A stretch of DNA of 64,000 bases, from the IMG/VR virus record IMGVR_UViG_3300045988_148502. The stretch is one strand, 5' to 3'. A model generated the notes under the pieces. It saw nothing but the letters and a program-made list of their open reading frames with translations. It did not search any database and had not been told where the DNA came from. This document shows positions 8,690 through 16,862 of this stretch, one piece after another. The DNA is from a virus. The first letter of the stretch is position 1, and each line of letters starts with the position of its first letter. Made by a program: the position numbers and the translations under genes.

Positions 8690-9323
8690 ATTGCCATATA
8701 CCGCCAAGCAAGTTTACGCTATGCTATATGAAGCGTGCCGGGTGGAAGTTGCTCATAGGCATAGGGAATTTAATGCCACCGAACAATACAAAAAGCACCT
8801 TTGGGACATTTCCAATTGGATTACATCGGAAGCCTCCACTTTCGGATTGTTCCTTTGCGGCGATGCCGGAAATGGGAAAACCACCATTCTGCGTGCATTG
8901 CAAAACCTTATAAACTACTTGCGCTCTGATGAGGGGTATAACAGCAATGCGGATGCATATCCGATACGCGGCTACATGATGGTATCGGCTAAAGAACTCG
9001 TCTTGCTGGCTAAAGCGTATAACAATCACACACGCGACAACACCTCCGATGTGGCACGCTACAAAAGGCTGCGCCAAATCGAAATACTCGCAATCGACGA
9101 ACTCGGCTCCGAACCGAAAGAAAGCATTCATTATGGCGATTACGTAACCGCCGCCATGGATATGCTGTCTTTTCGCTATGAAGAGCAGTTCTGTACGCTG
9201 GTCTCATCCAATCTTACGGCAAAAGAAATTGCAGAATATTACGACGAACGAATTGCAGACCGTTTCCGTGAAATGATGCTAATCATCAATTTCGGCAATG
9301 AGCAGTCATTCAGAAAACAGTAA
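8658..9323 (+). CDS. DnaC/IstB-like AAA+ helicase-loader ATPase (221 aa; alternative starts 8580, 8673)
   Basis: Walker A LCGDAGNGKTTIL and Walker B ILAIDELGSEP. Overlaps the end of the upstream gene. Confidence 0.7.
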   Translation: MKRKHMVTRFRLPYTAKQVYAMLYEACRVEVAHRHREFNATEQYKKHLWDISNWITSEASTFGLFLCGDAGNGKTTILRALQNLINYLRSDEGYNSNADAYPIRGYMMVSAKELVLLAKAYNNHTRDNTSDVARYKRLRQIEILAIDELGSEPKESIHYGDYVTAAMDMLSFRYEEQFCTLVSSNLTAKEIAEYYDERIADRFREMMLIINFGNEQSFRKQ

Positions 9324-9339
9324 ACTAATTAAAAACATT

Positions 9340-9525
9340 ATGACGATGAATACAGATTATAGTTATTGTTCGGGCGTTACCTGCTCAATCCGCAAGAGTT
9401 GTAAACGCTATTTGCCCGATCCACCCGATACACGTTTGCAATGGGTATGGCCAGCATACAATCCGGGAACAGACAAATGCAAGTACTATGAACCAACTAA
9501 AGTAGCAAAAACAAAAAATCCGTAA
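9340..9525 (+). CDS. small Cys-rich hypothetical protein (61 aa)
   Basis: The ATG at 9340 lies after the upstream stop. Five Cys residues (CSGVTCSIRKSCKRY...DKCKYY). Confidence 0.45.
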   Translation: MTMNTDYSYCSGVTCSIRKSCKRYLPDPPDTRLQWVWPAYNPGTDKCKYYEPTKVAKTKNP

Positions 9526-9527
9526 TC

Positions 9528-10850
9528 ATGGAAAAGAATAAGTTTACCCATGGTAGTTTGTTCAGCGGCATCGGTGGTCCGGAAATAGCTGCCGAGGAAA
9601 TGGGCTGGAAAAATATGTTCCATTGTGAAATAAACCCGTTCGGGAGAAAAATACTTGATTATTGGTTCCCAAACAGCAAAAGTTATGAAGACATCACGAA
9701 AACAAATTTTACAGAGTGGCGTGGAAAAATCAATGTCCTCACCGGAGGTTTTCCCTGCCAGCCTTTTTCTTGCGCCGGACAGCGAAAGGGAGCGGAAGAT
9801 GACCGCTACCTCTGGCCGGAAATGCTACGAGCGATACGGGAGATTCAGCCCGATTGGGTTGTTGGTGAAAACGTTGCTGGAATCCTCTCAATGGTACAAC
9901 CCGGCAGTGAAACTGCGTTGGGACGTGAAGAATCTCTGTTCGGAGAGGTTGACCGAAAAAGAATATTGCATCGGCAGGAATACGTTGTCGAAACAGTGTG
10001 TAACGACCTTGAACGTGAAGGATATTTCGTCCAACCGGTTGTTATTCCGGCTTGTGCCGTCGGAGCGCCGCACAGAAGAGACCGTGTCTTCTTTATTGCC
10101 CACCGTGCAGACGCAGGGGTTAAAGGTATGCAACGAAAATGGGAAGACAACATTCTATCCGGTAGGACTGCTTCCGACACCACGTGCCGTGGAAGTGGTG
10201 GAACACCCCATGAAAGCTGCTGCGAGAACGAAAGACAGAACGGGTACGAAACTCAACAACCTTTCGTCAGGGGCTGCGTTCGGGCTTCTTCCCACTCCGA
10301 TGGCGAGCGATGCAACAACCGGAGCGATAATTGGAAAGAACGACCAATTTGTTACGACCAGAAACGGGACTCCGAGGAGAATCAATCAGAACGGACAGAA
10401 CGGATGCGTAGGACTTGCGAGAATGGTTCGGTTGCTTCCTACTCCCAATGCCCGGGAAGCGGACAAGTACAGCAAGAAATACAATCCGAACAGTCAAATG
10501 GGCACAGCTTTGACAGCAATGGCGGTGAATGGGATGCTCCCTACTCCAGCAGCGAGGGACTATCAACCCTCCGTTTCCCCACAAGCATTGAAAAGAAAAA
10601 ATGGGAAAATGAGGACGGATGCTCTGTGCAACCTGCCGGTAATGTTAGGAGAGCATCATTCGCAGAACGGTGGAAAAACTTCCCAACTCAATCCCCTGTT
10701 TGTAGCCGAGATGATGGGATTTCCACCAGATTGGACGGTATTGCCTTTTCAAAGTGGCGGCAGGAATCGATAAAGGCATATGGCAATGCGATTGTCCCAC
10801 AAGTAATGTATGAGATATTCCAAGCTATTCAAGAAACTTATAATCAATAA
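9528..10850 (+). CDS. DNA (cytosine-5)-methyltransferase, frame A (440 aa) with a low-complexity middle third
   Basis: Motif I FSGIGG, motif IV GFPCQPFS, motif VI ENVAGI, motif VIII PHRRDRVFF, motif X YGNAIVPQV. Residues ~196-375 are R/S/G/E/N/C-rich with no hydrophobic core. Confidence 0.8.
   Translation: MEKNKFTHGSLFSGIGGPEIAAEEMGWKNMFHCEINPFGRKILDYWFPNSKSYEDITKTNFTEWRGKINVLTGGFPCQPFSCAGQRKGAEDDRYLWPEMLRAIREIQPDWVVGENVAGILSMVQPGSETALGREESLFGEVDRKRILHRQEYVVETVCNDLEREGYFVQPVVIPACAVGAPHRRDRVFFIAHRADAGVKGMQRKWEDNILSGRTASDTTCRGSGGTPHESCCENERQNGYETQQPFVRGCVRASSHSDGERCNNRSDNWKERPICYDQKRDSEENQSERTERMRRTCENGSVASYSQCPGSGQVQQEIQSEQSNGHSFDSNGGEWDAPYSSSEGLSTLRFPTSIEKKKWENEDGCSVQPAGNVRRASFAERWKNFPTQSPVCSRDDGISTRLDGIAFSKWRQESIKAYGNAIVPQVMYEIFQAIQETYNQ
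9799..10773 (+). CDS. overlapping +1-frame ORF (frame B; open from 9655) carrying LLPTP repeats and an NPLFVAEMMGFPPDWT motif
   Basis: Lies fully inside the methyltransferase gene. Four [LM]LPTP-x-A-x-[DE] repeats (first at 10165-10182). C-terminal NPxFVExxMGFPxxWT-like motif, known from phage methyltransferases (from memory). Normal globular composition exactly where frame A is low-complexity. Confidence 0.5.
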   Translation: MTATSGRKCYERYGRFSPIGLLVKTLLESSQWYNPAVKLRWDVKNLCSERLTEKEYCIGRNTLSKQCVTTLNVKDISSNRLLFRLVPSERRTEETVSSLLPTVQTQGLKVCNENGKTTFYPVGLLPTPRAVEVVEHPMKAAARTKDRTGTKLNNLSSGAAFGLLPTPMASDATTGAIIGKNDQFVTTRNGTPRRINQNGQNGCVGLARMVRLLPTPNAREADKYSKKYNPNSQMGTALTAMAVNGMLPTPAARDYQPSVSPQALKRKNGKMRTDALCNLPVMLGEHHSQNGGKTSQLNPLFVAEMMGFPPDWTVLPFQSGGRNR

Positions 10851-10855
10851 TAACC

Positions 10856-11293
10856 ATGGACAATTCAATTTATAAAAAATGCACAGAGTGCGGGCAAACA
10901 AAGCATATTTCAGAGTTCAGCAAATCATATCCTAACAGGTGTAAAACTTGTGTAGCAGAACACACGAGACAAATGAGAGCTGCTGAAAAACTTAAAGCTA
11001 AAGTAAAGGCTACCGGCGAGGTCATAGATGTTGAACCGTCAGGTACTATGCAGGTTTTATGCGGTTCATTCATAACGAAAGACGGTCGAAGAATGCCCGG
11101 AACAGCACTTGAATTTGAAAAAGCCATAGACTGGGAACAACGCAGATACGAGATTGCGAAAGAGATAATGAAAGGATTTTCAGCCAATTCACATAATCAG
11201 TGTGTGGATGCAAGTAGCGAAACGTTAGCCCAGTGGAGCATTAGCGGTGCTGATGCTCTTATTGCAGAATTGAAGAAAGGAGGTAAAGGATGA
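10856..11293 (+). CDS. hypothetical protein with N-terminal zinc-ribbon-like CxxC...CxxC (145 aa)
   Basis: KCTECGQ...RCKTCV at the N-terminus. Otherwise unrecognised. Confidence 0.55.
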   Translation: MDNSIYKKCTECGQTKHISEFSKSYPNRCKTCVAEHTRQMRAAEKLKAKVKATGEVIDVEPSGTMQVLCGSFITKDGRRMPGTALEFEKAIDWEQRRYEIAKEIMKGFSANSHNQCVDASSETLAQWSISGADALIAELKKGGKG

Positions 11294-12162
11294 AAGTAAT
11301 AGTTTCATTCAGTGGTGGCAAAGATAGTCTTGCATCACTTCTTTGGGTGCGTAATAACCTAACAAAAGATTTTATTACAGTATTTTGTGATACAGGTTGG
11401 GAACACCCATTGACCTATAAATATATCGAAGAAGTACAGGAACAACTTGGCTTAAATCTCATTACCGTCAAGTCAAAGAAGTTTAACGGTATGGTAGATT
11501 TGACAAAAAAGAAATCACGCTGGCCATCCTCGCAACGGAGATTCTGCACATCTGAATTGAAAACCATTCCGATGATTGACTACATACTCGATGAAGTAAA
11601 CGATGATGTTCTGATTATACAAGGAATACGTGCTGCCGAGAGTGCCAAGCGTGCCGAAATGTCCAAGCAATGTACGTACTTCAAGTATTATGTGCAGCCA
11701 TACGGTAAGGATAAGAATGGTAAGGACAAGTACCACACCTATCGTCGTAAAGATGTATTGGCATTTCGAAAGAAATATGCTGATGACCTATTGCGTCCGG
11801 TATTCGATTGGTCGGCACAACAAGTGATTGACTATATACTTGAAAATGGAATACAGCCTAATCCTCTCTACCGAATGGGCTACAAACGTGTTGGTTGCTT
11901 TCCTTGCGTGATGGCTTCACAACAAGACATTTACAATATCAGCGTACAAGAGCCAGAAAGGATAAGCTACATTGCAGGTCTCGAACAACAGTTCAACAGC
12001 AGTTTTTTCGGTCCTGATAAAATTTCATCTAAGTATTATAAGGGTGAATATCCTCTAATCAGCGATGTTGTTCGTTATGTACAAAGTAAACGTGCAGGTG
12101 GTTCTCTGTTCGACGATGATGTGGCAACAAGTTGTATGAGCTACTATGGGCTTTGTGAATAA
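11290..12162 (+). CDS. PAPS-reductase-like PP-loop ATPase family protein (290 aa)
   Basis: PP-loop SFSGGKDS at residues 6-13. The downstream ...RVGCFPCVMA motif is typical of phage PAPS-reductase-like proteins. ATGA overlap with the upstream gene. Confidence 0.8.
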   Translation: MKVIVSFSGGKDSLASLLWVRNNLTKDFITVFCDTGWEHPLTYKYIEEVQEQLGLNLITVKSKKFNGMVDLTKKKSRWPSSQRRFCTSELKTIPMIDYILDEVNDDVLIIQGIRAAESAKRAEMSKQCTYFKYYVQPYGKDKNGKDKYHTYRRKDVLAFRKKYADDLLRPVFDWSAQQVIDYILENGIQPNPLYRMGYKRVGCFPCVMASQQDIYNISVQEPERISYIAGLEQQFNSSFFGPDKISSKYYKGEYPLISDVVRYVQSKRAGGSLFDDDVATSCMSYYGLCE

Positions 12163-12174
12163 AAAAGGAATGGT

Positions 12175-12444
12175 ATGGCAAATATAAAAGACAATAAAAA
12201 AGGATTCAAGGTAATCCAAATAAGTAGGAAAGAACTTGTAGAGGAATTAGGACAATATGGTGCAATAGGAATTTGTGACTACTGCAACGAAACTGCATCT
12301 ACAGGCTATTACATAGCTGTGCTAAATCAATGGTTTTGCCCGAAATGCTATCAAGCATGGTATCATCGCGCTACTTATTATCCGGAAGATGCAAAGGTAG
12401 AAAACAGAAATTTTGAATTTTACAAAAATATTTTTGGATTATGA
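12175..12444 (+). CDS. hypothetical Cys-rich protein (89 aa)
   Basis: ORF track. CDYCNE...CPKC putative zinc site. Confidence 0.5.
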   Translation: MANIKDNKKGFKVIQISRKELVEELGQYGAIGICDYCNETASTGYYIAVLNQWFCPKCYQAWYHRATYYPEDAKVENRNFEFYKNIFGL

Positions 12445-12908
12445 CAAAAATAAAACTGAATTGGGCATACGCCAAAGGCGAATTAGATACTGATACATTG
12501 AAACTTATTTGCCTACCAGCACGAGGCAAACGCTTATTTGGTGCGGATGAATTGGATGCGGAACTTTGTATAAAGGACGGTATGAATTACCAAATAGCAG
12601 AAATCCACTTGGGTGATGTGGAAAGCTCAAATATTCTTTGTGAAGAGATCGCAAGGCGTTGGAATGAGCATGAAGAATGGCACGAATGCAAAGAGGACAC
12701 GGAAGACGTGCCACCAATTGGAACATATTGCATTTTAAGGGTAGAATATCTATGCTGTAGTAACAAATGGAAAGTAGATTACTTGACAGCTTATTACAAT
12801 AAATACGGGTGGACGGAAGATTATTTAGACCAAATAACCTGCAACTACAAGGACTACAAGATAACCCATTGGAAACCGATAAACAAACCGAAAGGAGTTG
12901 AAGAATGA
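12441..12908 (+). CDS. hypothetical protein with DUF551-like C-terminal region (155 aa)
   Basis: W-x-E-C-K...VPP...ITHWKPINKP resembles the DUF551 pattern (from memory). ATGA overlap. Confidence 0.5.
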   Translation: MTKIKLNWAYAKGELDTDTLKLICLPARGKRLFGADELDAELCIKDGMNYQIAEIHLGDVESSNILCEEIARRWNEHEEWHECKEDTEDVPPIGTYCILRVEYLCCSNKWKVDYLTAYYNKYGWTEDYLDQITCNYKDYKITHWKPINKPKGVEE

Positions 12909-13222
12909 AAAAAAACATCAAGGAGGCAATAAAGGAACATCTTTATGCAAATGAGTTTGCAGCAGACCCGAACAATCCGGGGTTTGTGGATAGATTTATT
13001 GAACACACTAAAGCTGCGGAATGGGGTGCAAACTGGCGCATCAATAGCGTGTGGCATGATGCAAAAGAATGTCCGGAAAGGAAAAGAAATTATCTTGCTC
13101 AATGCAAAAATGGTAGATTTAACGTAATCCCTGATTCGATGAATTGGGATAACTTTTACAAAAAAGCAGAAATTATCCGTTGGGCATACATCGAAGATTT
13201 ACTACCTAATATGGAGGATTAA
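12905..13222 (+). CDS. hypothetical protein, DUF551-like (105 aa)
   Basis: VWHDAKECPERKRNYLAQCKNGRF...IIRWAYIEDLLP resembles the upstream gene's domain. ATGA overlap. Confidence 0.5.
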   Translation: MKKNIKEAIKEHLYANEFAADPNNPGFVDRFIEHTKAAEWGANWRINSVWHDAKECPERKRNYLAQCKNGRFNVIPDSMNWDNFYKKAEIIRWAYIEDLLPNMED

Positions 13223-13225
13223 ATC

Positions 13226-13531
13226 ATGAAACCTATATTGAACACTGAAGACATTAGGAAATTAAAGACTGATGAACGCTTAATTGAATGTTCTTGCGGC
13301 AAAGTGAATTATTATAGATTCCTATGTTTCCACCCACGAAACACGAATTATGTAATTCTATTGAATCATTGCGAAGAGCCTGAAAGGTTTTTTATTCAAA
13401 ACCTTATAGACCGGTTCTATACAAATTATACAAGTCGTGATATAATCACTTATCGTAGAGATTACGCCATTAAGAAACTCAAAGAGTTTGAACAAGCGTT
13501 GTCTGAATTAGGAGATAAAGATGAGTTATGA
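13226..13531 (+). CDS. hypothetical protein (101 aa)
   Basis: ORF track; tightly packed in the operon. Confidence 0.5.
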   Translation: MKPILNTEDIRKLKTDERLIECSCGKVNYYRFLCFHPRNTNYVILLNHCEEPERFFIQNLIDRFYTNYTSRDIITYRRDYAIKKLKEFEQALSELGDKDEL

Positions 13532-13818
13532 GATATGCACTTAGAAATCAAGATAAGATTGCTGCTGCATATAGTTCCGAATACTTGAAAGAGCATATAA
13601 TCGGAAGCCTTGACAGTTATTTCAATGTTCCAAGAAGTCAAGAAGAGGTTGAGGATTTTATTTACAGTTCGTGTGTTTGTTATAGCACAAATCAAGGTAA
13701 CTACCCAATCATGCAAATTAATGACATTGCAGACGATAATGCCATGTTGGAATTTGCATGGATAGGAACTCAATATGATGTGATTAAACTTGCCTTTTTA
13801 GGCAGAATGAAAGGATAA
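13528..13818 (+). CDS. hypothetical protein (96 aa)
   Basis: ORF track; ATGA overlap with the upstream gene. Confidence 0.5.
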   Translation: MRYALRNQDKIAAAYSSEYLKEHIIGSLDSYFNVPRSQEEVEDFIYSSCVCYSTNQGNYPIMQINDIADDNAMLEFAWIGTQYDVIKLAFLGRMKG

Positions 13819-13822
13819 ACCA

Positions 13823-14014
13823 ATGAAAAATGTAACGAAACTCGCTAAAAAGTCCGCAGGGCTTAGCCAAAAATGTTCGATTTGTCCACTTATGCAAAGA
13901 TGCACTTTAGAAATCCATAGAGCTTGTTTTGACAGCTTTGTAGAGGGTTTCAAGAAAGGGACCAGAGCTGCTGAAAAAGAAATAAACAAGAAATTAAAAT
14001 CGGAACAAATATGA
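13823..14014 (+). CDS. hypothetical small protein (63 aa)
   Basis: ORF track; basic, Cys-containing. Confidence 0.4.
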   Translation: MKNVTKLAKKSAGLSQKCSICPLMQRCTLEIHRACFDSFVEGFKKGTRAAEKEINKKLKSEQI

Positions 14015-14265
14015 ATAAAAAAGAAGTTATACGAACCGCCAAAGCCTTTAAGAAGATTCTGAAAAAAGGTATTCCTCAAACAGTATGGAAATCCAGCTAT
14101 TGGGATATTCATGGAAAAAGATACACCGCCTATGAAATAGCTGCACGCTTTTTACGGATGAAAGGCTATAACGTGCGAATTGAGATAGGTGATAATACAG
14201 AGAATCCCTCTTATTGTTTCGGATACATACGGTTCTATAGGTATGTGGCAATCAGTTTTAACTAA
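14011..14265 (+). CDS. hypothetical protein (84 aa)
   Basis: ORF track; ATGA overlap. Confidence 0.45.
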   Translation: MNKKEVIRTAKAFKKILKKGIPQTVWKSSYWDIHGKRYTAYEIAARFLRMKGYNVRIEIGDNTENPSYCFGYIRFYRYVAISFN

Positions 14266-14282
14266 TAACAAAAATAAGAGCA

Positions 14283-14798
14283 ATGGAATTTAAATCGCAA
14301 ATATGTACTACCCATGAGCAGTCAAAAAGATTGCTCGCTTTGGGACTAAAGCCGGAAACGGCTGATATGGTATATCATCATACAAAGAGTAAGGTACCAG
14401 CTTTAGAGTGGGAGTTACAAACCAAGCCGCCTACATTGAGAGGTAAGTTTTGGACTCCTCAAAGAATAGCCAAACTTGCATTTCCTTTTCACAAGCATCC
14501 TGACGGATCGCCAATGGCCGGAGAAGAAGTATTTGATAGATTGTGGGGTGAGGATGTCCCTGCATGGAGTTTGTGTAGGCTGTTGGAGTTACTTCCGACC
14601 GAAATCAGAATAGGAACCAGTGAGAATGTTTTTGGCTTGCATCACGAAACAAGCGATGCTTGGTTACTCTCTTATCCCTATGTGAAATCCTTTGAAACCG
14701 CATCACCTGTCGAATCTTGTGTATTGGCTATTGATTGGCTGATTGCCAACGGACACTTTAATAAAGAATACTACAATGAAGAAAATAATGTTCAATGA
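14283..14798 (+). CDS. hypothetical protein (171 aa)
   Basis: ORF track; no motif recognised. Confidence 0.5.
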   Translation: MEFKSQICTTHEQSKRLLALGLKPETADMVYHHTKSKVPALEWELQTKPPTLRGKFWTPQRIAKLAFPFHKHPDGSPMAGEEVFDRLWGEDVPAWSLCRLLELLPTEIRIGTSENVFGLHHETSDAWLLSYPYVKSFETASPVESCVLAIDWLIANGHFNKEYYNEENNVQ

Positions 14799-15432
14799 TA
14801 AATTTGGCTTAACTCAAGCTGTATTGGAAGGGCGGAAGACTATGACGAGAAGAATAATCAAATGTCCAAGAACTTTTAGGGGAGAATGGGTCGCAGGATT
14901 CAATATACACAGACGCCATTCTGACAAAAAGATTGTTGATTGGCCTTGTATGTACGATGCTGATGAAAGAGAGTTTGATATGGGCGAGATATTGCCGAAA
15001 TATGAACTTGGAGAAGTTGTTGCCATTGCGCAAAGTTATATGGATGTTGACCGATTTCATAGAAAAGGGAAAAATGCAGCTTACTTAGAATACTTGGATT
15101 CTATATTGCCTGAACTGAAATTACATCCCGGTTGGACTAATAAAATGTTTGTGAAAGCCGACCTAATGCCCCGCCATATTGAATTTACAGATCGTAAGGT
15201 TGAACGCTTACAGGACATTAGCGATGAAGATTGCTTGAAAGAAGGGATATATGAAGATTCGGGTGATGATGAGTTTCCGCCATCTATATTTTATGAATTT
15301 GAGGGAAACAAAGACAATGGATTTGATACTCCACGTGAAGCCTTTGCCGCCCTCATAGATAAAGTCTCCGGTAAAGGCACTTGGGAAAGCAATCCCTATG
15401 TTTGGGCGTATGAATTTGAATTAATGAAATAA
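14776..15432 (+). CDS. ASCH-domain-like protein (218 aa)
   Basis: MKKIMFNDKFGLTQAVLEGRKTMTRRII resembles the N-terminal signature of phage ASCH proteins (xxILxGxKTxTRR). The start at 14776 is chosen to minimise overlap. Confidence 0.45.
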   Translation: MKKIMFNDKFGLTQAVLEGRKTMTRRIIKCPRTFRGEWVAGFNIHRRHSDKKIVDWPCMYDADEREFDMGEILPKYELGEVVAIAQSYMDVDRFHRKGKNAAYLEYLDSILPELKLHPGWTNKMFVKADLMPRHIEFTDRKVERLQDISDEDCLKEGIYEDSGDDEFPPSIFYEFEGNKDNGFDTPREAFAALIDKVSGKGTWESNPYVWAYEFELMK

Positions 15433-15434
15433 TC

Positions 15435-15596
15435 ATGAGCATTGCAGAAGATATTATAGACGGTTGGTGTTGCCAACTTTGTGGTGTGTACTTTGAAGAA
15501 GAACACGGTTACCCTGTTGTTTGCGAAAGCTGCTACAACGAACTATCAGAAGAAGAAAAGAAAGATTATCAATTAGCAACCCATAAAGAATTTTAA
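15435..15596 (+). CDS. small zinc-ribbon-like protein (53 aa)
   Basis: Manual ORF: MSIAEDIIDGWCCQLCGVYFEEEHGYPVVCESCYNELSEEEKKDYQLATHKEF, with CxxC...CxxC. Confidence 0.4.
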   Translation: MSIAEDIIDGWCCQLCGVYFEEEHGYPVVCESCYNELSEEEKKDYQLATHKEF

Positions 15597-15608
15597 TGTA
15601 TTTATCAT

Positions 15609-15812
15609 ATGGATGCAAAAACATTCTTTACCAAGGTAGTTCTGATGCGCAAAGCACAGAAAGACTATTTCAAGTGTCGCACCCAACAAAACTTGCGGAA
15701 ATGCAAGGCACTTGAAACGGAAATTGACGGAGAAATTGAACGTGTAAATAGTATTACCGGAGTTTCTTCCGTTTCCAAAGAACCCCGACAGACAAATTTA
15801 TTCACTGATTAA
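15609..15812 (+). CDS. hypothetical protein (67 aa)
   Basis: ORF track. Confidence 0.4.
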   Translation: MDAKTFFTKVVLMRKAQKDYFKCRTQQNLRKCKALETEIDGEIERVNSITGVSSVSKEPRQTNLFTD

Positions 15813-15822
15813 ATCATACAAT

Positions 15823-16059
15823 ATGAACTCAACTGTATTAAAAGAAATCATGGCATTCCTTTTCGGGCGCAAATATTATGCCAACATTGTAGCAACAAAA
15901 GGAACAACAAAGCAAGAAATCTGTTCTTACATTTTTGCAACAAAAGAAGCCGCCAACCGGCATCGACTGGAAATCGAAACAACTCTGTCATTCCGGTTTG
16001 TCGAAACAGTTTCTTTCCGTTCACGCCGGATATATTTCGATTCGTCTGTAAAAAGTTAA
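15823..16059 (+). CDS. hypothetical protein (78 aa)
   Basis: ORF track. Confidence 0.4.
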   Translation: MNSTVLKEIMAFLFGRKYYANIVATKGTTKQEICSYIFATKEAANRHRLEIETTLSFRFVETVSFRSRRIYFDSSVKS

Positions 16060-16095
16060 ACCATAATAATCTGTGAATCATTCTATTTTCGTATT

Positions 16096-16521
16096 ATGAT
16101 TATCAAAAAACTAAAAACATGGTGGCAGTCACGTAACTACTATGTGATTGCCGATGGTAACGACAATTCAATCACGCTATCCAAACGCTTGTTTCTCCAT
16201 ATCAAAGGTAAGGCGAAAAAGGGCGATGCAGCCCAAGTGTTTGTTTTCAGAATTGCCGGACAAGATTCTTTCGGCTTCACCGTCAATCCAAATATCGGAC
16301 AACCGACTCAACTATGCGATATTCAATATAATGACAAGTATAAGTGCATAGGCTTTGAAAGTCTGTGCCCGTCGGTCGGTCTTATGCTTTATGAGCATGG
16401 GTTACCCGGTGATAGTATAGTCAAACTGTCTGTGTCTATACATCATACAAGCAAAGGTCTCATCTATTATCAAATTGAAAAGCCCAATGGAAAGTATATT
16501 AGGAAATATAAGAAAGGCTGA
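16096..16521 (+). CDS. hypothetical protein (141 aa)
   Basis: ORF track. Confidence 0.5.
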   Translation: MIIKKLKTWWQSRNYYVIADGNDNSITLSKRLFLHIKGKAKKGDAAQVFVFRIAGQDSFGFTVNPNIGQPTQLCDIQYNDKYKCIGFESLCPSVGLMLYEHGLPGDSIVKLSVSIHHTSKGLIYYQIEKPNGKYIRKYKKG

Positions 16522-16855
16522 TATAGTATTCTATTCTTCGGGAAGAATAGACATTACATCTCATATAGCCAAGCAACTTCATCTCTCGCGAGGTGATGTC
16601 CTGGATATTATGAGTGAGAACGGAGAATTATATCTTTATGTCAGATACCGCTCACCAACCGGCGGTCGGCATGAAGCATGTGTGTTTCCATCCAATAGGC
16701 AAGGGAAACATTTCAGAGCCTCATCTAAAAGGCTGTGCTCCGCCATACTTGATGTGTCGGGTGTAACAGACAAGGCGAGATTATGCGTTGGAGAGCCTAA
16801 GGAAAGCCAATATCATGGCACATTGCTACCAATCATTACCAAACTCCTTTTGTAA
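16475..16855 (+). CDS. hypothetical protein (126 aa; alternative start 16487)
   Basis: ORF track. GRIDITSHIAKQLHLSRGDVLDI is faintly AbrB/SpoVT-like. Confidence 0.45.
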   Translation: MKSPMESILGNIRKADIVFYSSGRIDITSHIAKQLHLSRGDVLDIMSENGELYLYVRYRSPTGGRHEACVFPSNRQGKHFRASSKRLCSAILDVSGVTDKARLCVGEPKESQYHGTLLPIITKLLL

Positions 16856-16862
16856 GAAAGAT

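Noticed and set aside
9845-10584. Four - strand ORFs (76-112 aa) antisense to the methyltransferase locus
   Set aside because: They probably result from the low stop-codon density of this GC-richer segment. Their translations are Arg/Ser/Pro-rich. They are recorded only as supporting the unusual multi-frame openness discussed in the findings.
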